A stretch of DNA of 64,000 nucleotides from positions 3,040,001-3,104,000 of the forward strand of contig OZ253580.1 of the NCBI GenBank assembly GCA_965263035.1, read 5' to 3'. Source of the stretch: Acidobacteriota bacterium (lineage in GTDB: Bacteria; Acidobacteriota; UBA6911; RPQK01; JAJDTT01). The notes under the pieces were generated by a model. The model saw only the letters and a list, made by a program, of their open reading frames with translations, had not been told where the DNA came from and did no database searches. Positions 9,347 to 18,054 of the stretch are shown here, piece after piece (the stretch's first letter is position 1; each line of letters opens with the position of its first letter). Both the position numbers and the translations under genes were made by a program.

Positions 9347-10168
9347 ATGTCGCTAGGCGTGGTCGTCAAGGGCCCCGAGGGGGCAGTACTGGCAGCGGAT
9401 ACCCGAGTGACTGTTACTGGTCGACGTCGTAATGGTCCTGAGATACCTGTCAACTTCGACAATGCGACCAAACTCCTTACGTTCGACGAACCGCACAACT
9501 GGGTCGCCGCAGTAACGTATGGGATCGCGGTCATCGGCACGAGAACGGCTCATAGCTTCATGCCGGAGTTCGGACTGGAACTGGGCAACGATCGGCTGTC
9601 GACTAGCGAGTACGCATGCCGCCTGAGCGAATTCTTCAGACGTCAATGGGAAGAGGCCGGAATGCCGAGGCAAGGGTCGGAGTCAGGAGGAATGACTTTC
9701 GTCGTCGCCGGGTATGATGCCGACAAACCGTATGGAAGCGTGCATCTCTTTAGTATTCCCAACTCTCCGGACCCGCAGCCGAGAAACCCGAATGATTTTG
9801 GTATGACTTGGGGTGGGCAATTACAGATAGTGAGTCGCATAATTCACGGATTTGACCCTAACCTGCTTGGATTGCTGCGTCAGCGATTCAATTTGTCAGA
9901 TTCTCAGACTCGGGAGTTTGCGAACGCTCTCAGACTAAATTTGGAGTACACGATCCCCTATAGCGTACTTCCACTTCAGGACTGCGTCGATCTCGCGACC
10001 TTCCTGATCAGAACCACGATGACCGCCCAGAGTCTTGCCGTTGGATTACGAGGTGTCGGTGGTGCCATCGACGTGGCGACGATAACCCGAAGAGACGGCC
10101 TGAAGTGGGTCCAGAAAAAAAGAATACGCGGAGAGAATCGCCATGTCAGACCAAACTTCGACCACTAG
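9347..10168 (+). CDS. proteasome-beta-like Ntn-hydrolase fold protein
   Basis: M-S-L-G-V-V-V-K-G-P-E-G-A-V-L-A-A-D-T-R start (N-terminal Ser, AAD.R), K at about position 40, FVVAGYD and C-terminal GVGGAIDVATIT, all typical of proteasome-type subunits. Confidence 0.65.
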   Translation: MSLGVVVKGPEGAVLAADTRVTVTGRRRNGPEIPVNFDNATKLLTFDEPHNWVAAVTYGIAVIGTRTAHSFMPEFGLELGNDRLSTSEYACRLSEFFRRQWEEAGMPRQGSESGGMTFVVAGYDADKPYGSVHLFSIPNSPDPQPRNPNDFGMTWGGQLQIVSRIIHGFDPNLLGLLRQRFNLSDSQTREFANALRLNLEYTIPYSVLPLQDCVDLATFLIRTTMTAQSLAVGLRGVGGAIDVATITRRDGLKWVQKKRIRGENRHVRPNFDH

Positions 10169-10460
10169 CATGAAAAGCTGGATGCGTTCTGGGTGGAGGA
10201 TTCTTCCTGGTAACATCCTCGCAGAAAGTGAAGCGTTGATACCCCCTGCGCCTGCGGCGACCATGGACATATTCGATGAACGAGATAAATCGGAAAATCT
10301 GCTGCAAGAGAATCACGACTCCAATTGCGATTGGGAGCTCTTGGAAGATCTGGCCGATGCACAAAAAGCGTTGGAAGAGTACGACGCTGTAGGTATCGAG
10401 GGCACTATCCCTTACAGCGAGTACCGAGCAAAGCGACTTGGTTCGAAATACCGAGTATGA
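10143..10460 (+). CDS. putative antitoxin
   Basis: Acidic C-terminus LEDLADAQKALEEY...TIPYSEY resembles RelB-type partners; overlaps both neighbours; start uncertain. Confidence 0.55.
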   Translation: MSDQTSTTSMKSWMRSGWRILPGNILAESEALIPPAPAATMDIFDERDKSENLLQENHDSNCDWELLEDLADAQKALEEYDAVGIEGTIPYSEYRAKRLGSKYRV

Positions 10461-10704
10461 TGTTCGGCTAACCCCTCATGCCGAGCGCGATCTTCAGCGC
10501 CTGTCCGCTACGGACTTTCGTCGAGTCGATAAGCGCATCGTATCGTTGGCGCAAGACCCGCGTCCCCACGGTGTTCGAAAACTTTGGCAAAAGGCCCATC
10601 GGTTACGCGTCGGTCCTTGGAGAATCATCTACATCATCGATGACTCCAAGGGAATCGTTCTGGTAAACAAAGTCGTTCGCCGAGAGAAAAATACCTACCG
10701 CTGA
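10438..10704 (+). CDS. RelE/ParE family toxin
   Basis: Y.V.LT..AERDL..L...RI..LAQDPRP.G.RKL...RLRVGPWRIIY.IDD...RRE..YR. Confidence 0.9.
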   Translation: MVRNTEYDVRLTPHAERDLQRLSATDFRRVDKRIVSLAQDPRPHGVRKLWQKAHRLRVGPWRIIYIIDDSKGIVLVNKVVRREKNTYR

Positions 10705-10723
10705 ATTGACCACGTAAATGCGG

Positions 10724-10959
10724 GGCTTTGCGGCGACGGTGACGTGGATGTCTCCATGCGGTCCGGATGCAGCGGACTGTTCTTCTCGGACGCCCGCCTG
10801 GGCATGCGGGTTCGGCAAGGGGATGCGCTGGGAATGATCCGGGATCTGGACGGCACGCCCTTGGAGGAAGTCCGGAGCCCTCAGGATGGGGTGCTGGTGA
10901 TGTTCCGAACCAATCCCCGCATCTTCGCCGGCGAGATCCTGCTGGTCGTCAACGCCTGA
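10724..10959 (+). pseudogene. orphan C-terminus of the deacylase gene
   Basis: DVSMRSGCSGLFFSDARLGMRVRQGD...PRIFAGEILLVVNA is a variant of the end of 8028-9092. Confidence 0.88.
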
Positions 10960-11115
10960 TCCGGCACCTCGGGCGTGGCCGTTCCTCTTTGGGCTCCAAG
11001 GGACGGTTCAGTCCAACTTTCTGATCTTGAGGTTCCGGAACCAGACCGGATCGCTGTGGTCCTGAAGGACGATGTGACCCATGTCCATGAGCCCGTAGTG
11101 GGAGAGATCCTTGAA
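10724..11115 (+). repeat. 392-bp diverged direct repeat, right copy
   Basis: Colinear with 8857-9248. Confidence 0.92.
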
Positions 11116-11742
11116 CTTGCTGGCGGCCACCCTCTGTTTCCAGTCCTCGCTGCGCAGCTCGTACTCCACGATCTTCTCGCCGTTCATCCAGTGCTCCACG
11201 TGGTTGCCGTGGGCGACGATTCCCACTTGGTTCCACTCGCCGGCCTTTCGAACCACGTCCTTTGCGGGGGGATGAAGAGCGTAGTTGGCGCCGGCGCTGG
11301 TCTCCCGCTTGGCGCCGTCGCGGTGGCCGGCATCGTCCAGAACCTGCATCTCCGGTCCCGTGAACCAGAGGCTTTCGAAGTCCTCGCTGGCCCGAAAGAA
11401 AATGCCGCTGTTGCCGGCCTCCAGGACCTTCCATTCCAGCCGCAAATCGAAGTTGCCGTACTCTTCCCGCGTGATGATGTCCCCGGCCCGGACCTTTCCG
11501 GCGTAGTGGATGGAGTCGTCGTTGACTTCCCACCCTTTCGGAACCTCCTGGCTCCTGAAACCTCGCCACTGATCCAGGCTCTTGCCGTCGAAGAGCAACG
11601 TCCAACCTTCGGCCCGCTCCTCCTCGGTCAGGGTGTTCAACATCGGGGCCGCCTCCTCCTCCATCGCCGGCTCGGAGTCGGGTGCGGCGCAGGAGGCGAA
11701 GCAAACCAATATTCCCGAAAGCAGGGTTTTCGTTCTTGTCAT
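11008..11742 (-). CDS. DUF1080 (3-keto-disaccharide hydrolase) lipoprotein
   Basis: Lipobox FASC, LFDGKSLDQW, GNSGIFFR, GPEMQVLD, GHIVLQDH...WFRNLKI; start moved to the ATG after GGAG. Confidence 0.9.
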   Translation of the reverse strand: MTRTKTLLSGILVCFASCAAPDSEPAMEEEAAPMLNTLTEEERAEGWTLLFDGKSLDQWRGFRSQEVPKGWEVNDDSIHYAGKVRAGDIITREEYGNFDLRLEWKVLEAGNSGIFFRASEDFESLWFTGPEMQVLDDAGHRDGAKRETSAGANYALHPPAKDVVRKAGEWNQVGIVAHGNHVEHWMNGEKIVEYELRSEDWKQRVAASKFKDLSHYGLMDMGHIVLQDHSDPVWFRNLKIRKLD

Positions 11743-11777
11743 GATGGTCTCCATCAAGGTCCGGGAAGAGAGGAGCC

Positions 11778-12629
11778 TCACACCCGGACGAATTTGGTCA
11801 GGCTGCCGTTGACGCCCACCTCGCCGATGTAGAGGTCGCCCCGGCTGTCCCCCCAGATGGCGTGGGGAAAGCCTGGGAACTGCCCGGGACCGTCCCCCTT
11901 TTCGCCCCAGCGGGAAAGCAGCCGGCCGTCTCGGCTCAGAACGCTGACTCGGTGTTCGATTTCCGAAACGAACACGGTCTCGTCCGGATCGAACCAGACG
12001 AAATCGGGTTGGAGCAGATCGGTCCACTCCCTCAAGTAGTTTCCGTCGCCGTCGAAGATCTGAATCCGGTTGTTGGAGCGGTCGCAGACATAGACCAGAT
12101 AATCGGAATCGACCCAGACGTCGTGAACCAGATCGAATTGCCCGGGTCCCGTGCCCGGCTCGCCCCAGCTCTTCAGGAGCACGCCGTCCGGCGAGAACTT
12201 GTGCACTTTGGCGTTGCCGTAACCGTCGCTGACGAACAGGCAACCGTCGGGGGCGATGGCGAGATCCGTGGGCAGATTGAAAGGCAGACCCGGAGGACGG
12301 GGGACGCCAGGCGTGCCCAAGGTCCACTGGAGCTCTCCGTCTGACGTGAGCTTGTGGACGCAGTGGCTCCTCCACTCGGTGCAGTAGAGGTTGTCTTCCG
12401 CGTCGATGCGGAGGCCGTGCGCGTTGTGCAGCAGATCCTCGCCCCAGGAGGTGAGGAAGTTTCCGTCCCGGTCGAAGACCACCATGGGGTGCTCGCTTCG
12501 GCTGTGGACGTAGACTCGGTCCCGGCTGTCGACGGCGATGGCCGGAATCCAGCCGAAGCTCCAACCCGACGGAAGCTTGGCCCAATCGCGCACCGGTTCG
12601 TATTGGTAGTCACCTTGTCCCACCCGCAT
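11778..12629 (-). CDS. NHL-repeat protein (peptidyl-alpha-hydroxyglycine lyase-like)
   Basis: NHL repeats (FNLPTDLAI...VSDGYGNAKVHKF, WGEPGTGPGQFDLVH, DRSNNRIQIFD). Confidence 0.88.
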   Translation of the reverse strand: MRVGQGDYQYEPVRDWAKLPSGWSFGWIPAIAVDSRDRVYVHSRSEHPMVVFDRDGNFLTSWGEDLLHNAHGLRIDAEDNLYCTEWRSHCVHKLTSDGELQWTLGTPGVPRPPGLPFNLPTDLAIAPDGCLFVSDGYGNAKVHKFSPDGVLLKSWGEPGTGPGQFDLVHDVWVDSDYLVYVCDRSNNRIQIFDGDGNYLREWTDLLQPDFVWFDPDETVFVSEIEHRVSVLSRDGRLLSRWGEKGDGPGQFPGFPHAIWGDSRGDLYIGEVGVNGSLTKFVRV

Positions 12630-12778
12630 CTGGTCTTCTCCCTGATTGGAGTGGAATTGGAACACCCGCACCTAGCGCTGTCAACCGGCGGGCGTTCCGT
12701 ATTTCCCACGTTGCTCTGAAAGTCAAAGGCGACTCCGCCTGGATCTTCTCGGAGCATCTCCTTGAAGGTGAAGTTCAG

Positions 12779-13588
12779 CTACGGGTCGGCCAGCAGCCGC
12801 AGGAGAACGTCCCTGGAAATCAGAGCCATGTCCTGTCTCCGTTCCAGAAATGGCGAAACGTCCCGAAGAGCCTGTTCCCAGTCAATCGTGTTCAGTTTGT
12901 CCCTGATCAGCTCTCGCCAGTTCGCCGGTGTGACGACGGGTGCGTCCCTACCCGACTGCCGGAGGGCGTTGTTCAACTGAACCAGGTTCGGAGCCGGCCA
13001 AGTGGGATCAGCAAGGTACCAACCCAAGTCATACAGGTCACGCCCCTTCGTATACTTGCGAGTCAGCACTGCATGCAGCTTGCCGGCCAGTAATGAGGGC
13101 CGGTCGTAGTGAAGGAGATTCAACCAGACGAAGCGACGCACCAAGCGCGTCGTTGTGCGCGCACCGCGGGGAGGGCGTGTGTCGATTTCAACCTTCACCA
13201 TGATCACTTCGTTGGGGTGGGGAGACAGCCCGATCTCGTATAGGAGTCCACGCATCTTTATCGCGGCGGTTGCCACCGGGGGGCGCGGGCGGGACAGTAT
13301 CTCCACGTCATATCCCTCCAGCGCAAGATCCCTGCCGACGGACTGAATGTGCTTTTCGAATCGGGCATTCTCTCCCGGCGTAGCGAGGGAGAAATCGAGA
13401 TCCTCGGAATAGCGGGGAAGCTGGAACAGGAACCGCAGGGCCGTACCTCCGACAAAGGCCCACTCGCTGAAGGCCCCAGCGTCCTGAAGGGCCAGAAGAA
13501 TTCGCGCCTGCAAGTATTCCCGGGCGGTGCTGCGCCGCCGGAAATCATCAACCTGATCCCGGAGGATCTCCAACAGAAGGGGTTTCAT
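12779..13588 (-). CDS. abiEii: AbiEii-type nucleotidyltransferase toxin (type IV TA)
   Basis: FVGGTALRFLF.LPRYSEDLDFS, KLHAVLTR, KGRDLYDL; ATG overlaps the abiEi stop. Confidence 0.9.
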   Translation of the reverse strand: MKPLLLEILRDQVDDFRRRSTAREYLQARILLALQDAGAFSEWAFVGGTALRFLFQLPRYSEDLDFSLATPGENARFEKHIQSVGRDLALEGYDVEILSRPRPPVATAAIKMRGLLYEIGLSPHPNEVIMVKVEIDTRPPRGARTTTRLVRRFVWLNLLHYDRPSLLAGKLHAVLTRKYTKGRDLYDLGWYLADPTWPAPNLVQLNNALRQSGRDAPVVTPANWRELIRDKLNTIDWEQALRDVSPFLERRQDMALISRDVLLRLLADP

Positions 13589-14214
13589 CTCGGATCTCGA
13601 TTCTCCCAGAGTTCCAGAAGCCGCTCCACGGCGCGTTCGATCTTGGCGGATCGACACCTCTCAACGACGGCGTGGAGGCCTTCCAGGTCGAGTCCACGGG
13701 GCCTTTCAAGCCGAAGTTCCCACAGGTATTCGACGCGGTCGCTGTGCGGAGTCAGGTAGAGCAGGTCGACCAGCGCCTTTTCCGGACTGGCAAGCAATGC
13801 CATCTGGTCTCTTGCGATTTCCGTTTCCCCAAACCCGAAGAGAAGAGGGATGCGGACATGCCGGAACTGGAAACGTCCTATGGGCGTCGAAAGCTCTTCC
13901 GGACGGCCGGTCGTGACGCTGGTAGTGACCGGAACGTATTCCGGGATCATGCCGTGGTGGGCCAACGCGGATTGCAGACTGACGTAGGAGGCTTTCTTGA
14001 GCGCGTTCGCCACCGTGAAGGGATGAGCCGACGTCTTGGAGTAGAGATCCGACAGCAGGTACACGCCGCGCCTCAACCGGATGACTCGTTCGCTCTTGAC
14101 CCATCGGTCCAGTTGCCGCCTGACATGGGCAGGCGAGGTTTGCCCAGCGAGAATCTGGCCCGTTCTGAATACCCCATTGGGAGGTGCTACTGTGAGCAAG
14201 TCTCCGAATTTCAT
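13585..14214 (-). CDS. abiEi: AbiEi-type antitoxin / transcriptional regulator
   Basis: N-terminal wHTH (IRLRRGVY), SYVSLQSALAHHGMIPE and ASPEKALVDLLY. Confidence 0.88.
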   Translation of the reverse strand: MKFGDLLTVAPPNGVFRTGQILAGQTSPAHVRRQLDRWVKSERVIRLRRGVYLLSDLYSKTSAHPFTVANALKKASYVSLQSALAHHGMIPEYVPVTTSVTTGRPEELSTPIGRFQFRHVRIPLLFGFGETEIARDQMALLASPEKALVDLLYLTPHSDRVEYLWELRLERPRGLDLEGLHAVVERCRSAKIERAVERLLELWENRDPR

Positions 14215-14400
14215 AGCGCCAAATTGTCATATTTGTCTATTTATTGCAACGAAATACGATCACAGATAAATACGTTGAAGTTTCTCCCAATTGATATTAA
14301 CCTTTGTTGGCGGTGGCCGGTATCTGATGAATCGGCCGTCGAGAGACGCAATTCAGAGATCAAGGTGCCACCGGGCGCCAAAGCTCAGAAAGGATGAATC

Positions 14401-14727
14401 ATGAGAAAACCCGTCTTCGCAATCGCCTACGTCGTCGTTCTGCTGGCAGCCGCGGGTCTCGTCATGGGTGCCCACCATGTCAAGACCCTCAAGGGTGAAG
14501 GCACCTGCGCCAAGTGCGGCTTGGGCGAAACGGCTTCCTGTCAGAATGCCATCCAGGTGAAGAAGGATGGGAAGACCGTCACCTATTACATGGTCCACAA
14601 CGACGTTGCCAAGAAGTTTCATGGCAACGTCTGCCAGGGCAGCAAGAGCATCAAGGCCAAGGGCACCGTGGCCAAAGAGGGCGGAAAGATGATGCTGACC
14701 GCCTCCTCGATCAAGGTGGTCGAATAG
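14401..14727 (+). CDS. small secreted Cys/His-rich OB-fold-like protein (DUF6370-like)
   Basis: Signal peptide, GEGTCAKC...CQNAI and FHGNVC; strong host-like codon usage. Confidence 0.65.
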   Translation: MRKPVFAIAYVVVLLAAAGLVMGAHHVKTLKGEGTCAKCGLGETASCQNAIQVKKDGKTVTYYMVHNDVAKKFHGNVCQGSKSIKAKGTVAKEGGKMMLTASSIKVVE

Positions 14728-14908
14728 AGGGGTTCACCCTCCACGGCTCGCAATCTCGCATTCTCACGTCAGTCCGACACTCTACCGGAGTCGGACTGGC
14801 GTGGATCGTGCGGGCTCTTGAGCCTCGTTCCCTATCTTTCAGGCGACGCAGGAACCGGGCGGCTCGTACCAGTCGCCCGAATGAGCCGTAGTCGAAGGCT
14901 CAACTCCC

Positions 14909-15175
14909 ATGTCTGCCCCTTCCAAGCTCCTGGTTCTGCTTGGGGTAGTTCTTTTTGTGGGCTACCTCCTGTATTCCAGTCTGAGTCTCCGCAAGTTCAG
15001 TTGCGAGGTCTGTGTCGAATTCCGAGGCCAGACCGTTTGCCGCACGGCGGCCGGGGCGACTCGGGAAGAAGCCCAGAGAACGGCTGTAGAGCTCGCCTGC
15101 GCCGTATTGTCCTCGGGCCGGACGGAGAGCATGCGGTGCAACGAGACGCCACCCAAGAGCGTTCGCTGGAAGTGA
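14909..15175 (+). CDS. small membrane-anchored Cys-rich hypothetical protein
   Basis: N-terminal TM helix, CEVC, C, C, C pattern. Confidence 0.65.
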   Translation: MSAPSKLLVLLGVVLFVGYLLYSSLSLRKFSCEVCVEFRGQTVCRTAAGATREEAQRTAVELACAVLSSGRTESMRCNETPPKSVRWK

Positions 15176-15221
15176 GGTCCAATCTTCGATTCCCTCGGTT
15201 TTCGAATCTGGCGGGAAGACA

Positions 15222-15608
15222 ATGCACGTAGAAGTCCGAAACCTGGAGGATGTGATCCTCGTCGATCTGGAAGGCCGCCTGGTGGCGGGGGTCGGGGATC
15301 AGATGCTCCGGGACGTCATGAATGAGCTGATCGCCGAGGGTTGGCAGAAGATCCTGTTGAATCTCTCCGGCGTCTCCTGGATCGACAGTTCCGGCATCGG
15401 TGAACTGGTTGCCGGAATCCGTCTGGCCAAACGTTTCAACTGCTCGGTGAAGCTCCTGAGAGCGGGCGACCGGGTCAGGCACGTTCTCTCTCTCAGCCAA
15501 CTCCTGCCCCTTCTGGAGATCTACGAGACCGAGCAGGAGGCCCTGGACCGGTTTCGCGGTGAAAACCCGTCTCCTCCGCCGGAAGGGACCGGTTCAGATC
15601 GGCAGTGA
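15222..15608 (+). CDS. STAS-domain anti-sigma factor antagonist
   Basis: ILLNLSGVSWIDSSGIGELV. Confidence 0.92.
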   Translation: MHVEVRNLEDVILVDLEGRLVAGVGDQMLRDVMNELIAEGWQKILLNLSGVSWIDSSGIGELVAGIRLAKRFNCSVKLLRAGDRVRHVLSLSQLLPLLEIYETEQEALDRFRGENPSPPPEGTGSDRQ

Positions 15609-16796
15609 GTCTCCGGGTGCGAGAATGGGGGGAGAGCAGGACACGGACTCCGGGTATTTGAGTCCGGATCCGGTGTTGAGAAGAAGCACCCTCTCGCCGG
15701 GCCGGATCCATCCTGATTGACTCAGTTTCCGCGCCGCGGCCAGAGTGGCCGCCCCCTCCGGACAGATGAAAGTTCCCTCGCTACGGGCCAGCAGCCGTTG
15801 TGCCTGAAGGATCTCCTCGTCCGAGGTCTCGACGGCGCAGCCCCCTGTGTCATACAGAGCGTCCAGAACCAGAAAGTCACCCAAGGCCTTCGGGACCGTG
15901 ATCCCGAAAGCGACGGTCTTGGCACCGGTCCAGAACTCCGATTCCCGGCGGCCGGACTCCCAGGCGCGGACAATGGGAGCGCAGCCGCTGGATTGGACGG
16001 CCACCATTCGGGGAAAAGGCCGATCCAGCCATCCCAGCTCCCGGAGTTCCCGGAAGACTTTGTGAATGCCGATGAGCCCCACGCCGCCCCCGGTGGGGTA
16101 AATGATCACGTCCGGGAGCTGCCACCGGAACTGCTCTGCCAACTCCAGTCCCATGGTCTTCTTGCCCTCGATCCGGTAGGGCTCCTTCAGGGTCGAGGCG
16201 TCATACCAGCCGTGCCGCTTCACGCCGCCGGCCACCTGACGACCCGCGTCGCTGATCAAGCCGTCCACCAGGTAGAAGGTCGCACCCGTCACGGCGCACT
16301 CCTTGCGGTGGATCAGGGGAGCATCCGTGGGCATGACGATGACGCATTCGATGCCGGCGGCTGCGCTGTAAGCTGCCCACGCGGCCCCGGCGTTGCCGTT
16401 GGTGGGCATGGCCAGGGCATCGACCCCAAGCTCCCGGGCTCGAGAGACGCCGACGGCGGCGCCCCGGGCCTTGAAGGTCCCGGTCGGCAATAGGCCTTCA
16501 TCCTTCATGTAGAGCCTGGAAATCCCGACTTGGGCACCGGCCCGGTGCAATCTCAACAGCGGTGTCATCTGCTCTCCCAGGGAAACCCGCGCATCCGGGT
16601 CGCGGAGGGGAAGCAGTTCCCGATACCGCCAGAGGTTCTGCTCACGTCCTCCGAATTCCGCCGGGTGCACCGTCTCCCGAACACGATTCAGGTCGTAACG
16701 AACCAGAAGCGGTCCGCCGCAGCCGCAGAGGTGGGCCCGCTTATCGCAATCGTGGGTAGCCTTGCAGCGTGAGCACTCCAAATGGGTAAAAAACAT
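15594..16796 (-). CDS. thrC: threonine synthase family PLP enzyme
   Basis: N-terminal CxxC...C.CGG, KDEGLLPTGTFKARG, TNGNAG, EGKKTMG and NTGSGLKY. Confidence 0.88.
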   Translation of the reverse strand: MFFTHLECSRCKATHDCDKRAHLCGCGGPLLVRYDLNRVRETVHPAEFGGREQNLWRYRELLPLRDPDARVSLGEQMTPLLRLHRAGAQVGISRLYMKDEGLLPTGTFKARGAAVGVSRARELGVDALAMPTNGNAGAAWAAYSAAAGIECVIVMPTDAPLIHRKECAVTGATFYLVDGLISDAGRQVAGGVKRHGWYDASTLKEPYRIEGKKTMGLELAEQFRWQLPDVIIYPTGGGVGLIGIHKVFRELRELGWLDRPFPRMVAVQSSGCAPIVRAWESGRRESEFWTGAKTVAFGITVPKALGDFLVLDALYDTGGCAVETSDEEILQAQRLLARSEGTFICPEGAATLAAARKLSQSGWIRPGERVLLLNTGSGLKYPESVSCSPPILAPGDSLPI

Positions 16797-16932
16797 GGAT
16801 CTCCTCTTTCTCCAGGGGCCGGAAACCCCGGCGACCGCACCGGGACATTATAATTTGACCGTATCGTCGTCGGCTCCGGTTCCCTTCATAATCGCCGATG
16901 GCTCGCGTGGCTGGCCGGAAGGAGCGCATGAC

Positions 16933-18051
16933 ATGTTGGTTCCCAAGGACGACTTTATCGGTCTTGACGATGTGGTCCATCTCTGCGCCGGGGGTGAGAC
17001 TCCCATTCTGAGAAGTCATCAGGACGCTGTGGCCCGTTTCTTCCGCGACAAGGCCAGGGGAGACGACGGCCGGCAACGGTTCGAAGAGACCTATCTGGAG
17101 TGCAAGGATAAGGCAGGGAGGCTCCTGAACGTCTCCCCGGAAGAAATCGGGTTTCTCTCCTCCACTTCGGAAGGGGTCAACCTGTTGGCTCACGGTCTGG
17201 ATTGGGAGCCGGGCGACAATGTGGTGGTGGCCGACCTGGAATTCCCTTCCGACGTCCTTCCCTGGACTCGCCTGGAGCGTCAGGGAGTGGAACTTCGCCT
17301 GGTGCGGCATCGCAATTGGCGGGTTTTCGTGTCTGATCTGGAATCGCATATCGACTCCAGGACCCGTGTGGTCGCGGTCAGCCTGGTGAGCTTTCTGACC
17401 GGGCAGCGGCAGCTGCTCAGTGAGCTCTCTCAACGGGTCCGGTCCACCGGGGCGCTTCTCAGCGTGGACGCGACCCACGCGGCGGGCGTCGTCCCGGTGG
17501 AAGCGGGCCTCGCCGACATCCTCATGAGCAGTTGCTACAAGTGGCTGCTGGGAACCCACGGGGTTTCCATCTTCTACTGGAATCGAAGTCGCCTGCCCGA
17601 CCTGAAGCCTCCGTTCCTGGGTTGGCACACTCCGGCCAGTCTCACCGGTTGGCGCCATCCTACCCGTTACGAGTTGCGGCCCGGCGCCGCCCGCTTTGAG
17701 GCCGGGAATCCAGCTTATATCTCGGTCTACATTCTGGACAACGCGCTGGACTACCTCTCCCGCGTGGGTCTTCCCGAGATCGAAAGCTATGTGTTGGATC
17801 TGAGCGAAAAGGTGTTGCGTGGACTCACCGAACTCGGCTTGGAGATCATGACTCCGTCCCGGCCCCAGGAACGCGCCGGCAATGTCTGCTTCGTCGCCCC
17901 CCAGGAGCGGGCCGTGATGCAATGGTTTGAACAGCGCGGAATCCTGATCTGGGGAGATTCCCGGCGGATTCGGGTGTCCACTCATCTCTACAACACCGCT
18001 GACGACGTGGAGAGATTGCTCGAAACTTTGAAGGACTGTCCTCTGGTCTGA
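16933..18051 (+). CDS. aminotransferase class V PLP enzyme
   Basis: STSEG, VDATHAAG, SSCYKWLLG and RIRVSTHLYN; start placed after GGAG. Confidence 0.9.
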   Translation: MLVPKDDFIGLDDVVHLCAGGETPILRSHQDAVARFFRDKARGDDGRQRFEETYLECKDKAGRLLNVSPEEIGFLSSTSEGVNLLAHGLDWEPGDNVVVADLEFPSDVLPWTRLERQGVELRLVRHRNWRVFVSDLESHIDSRTRVVAVSLVSFLTGQRQLLSELSQRVRSTGALLSVDATHAAGVVPVEAGLADILMSSCYKWLLGTHGVSIFYWNRSRLPDLKPPFLGWHTPASLTGWRHPTRYELRPGAARFEAGNPAYISVYILDNALDYLSRVGLPEIESYVLDLSEKVLRGLTELGLEIMTPSRPQERAGNVCFVAPQERAVMQWFEQRGILIWGDSRRIRVSTHLYNTADDVERLLETLKDCPLV

Positions 18052-18054
18052 ACC

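Noticed and set aside
11008-12585. 525-aa ORF suggesting a large fusion protein
   Set aside because: Only the last 244 aa are DUF1080; the upstream part is an alternative frame of the NHL gene.
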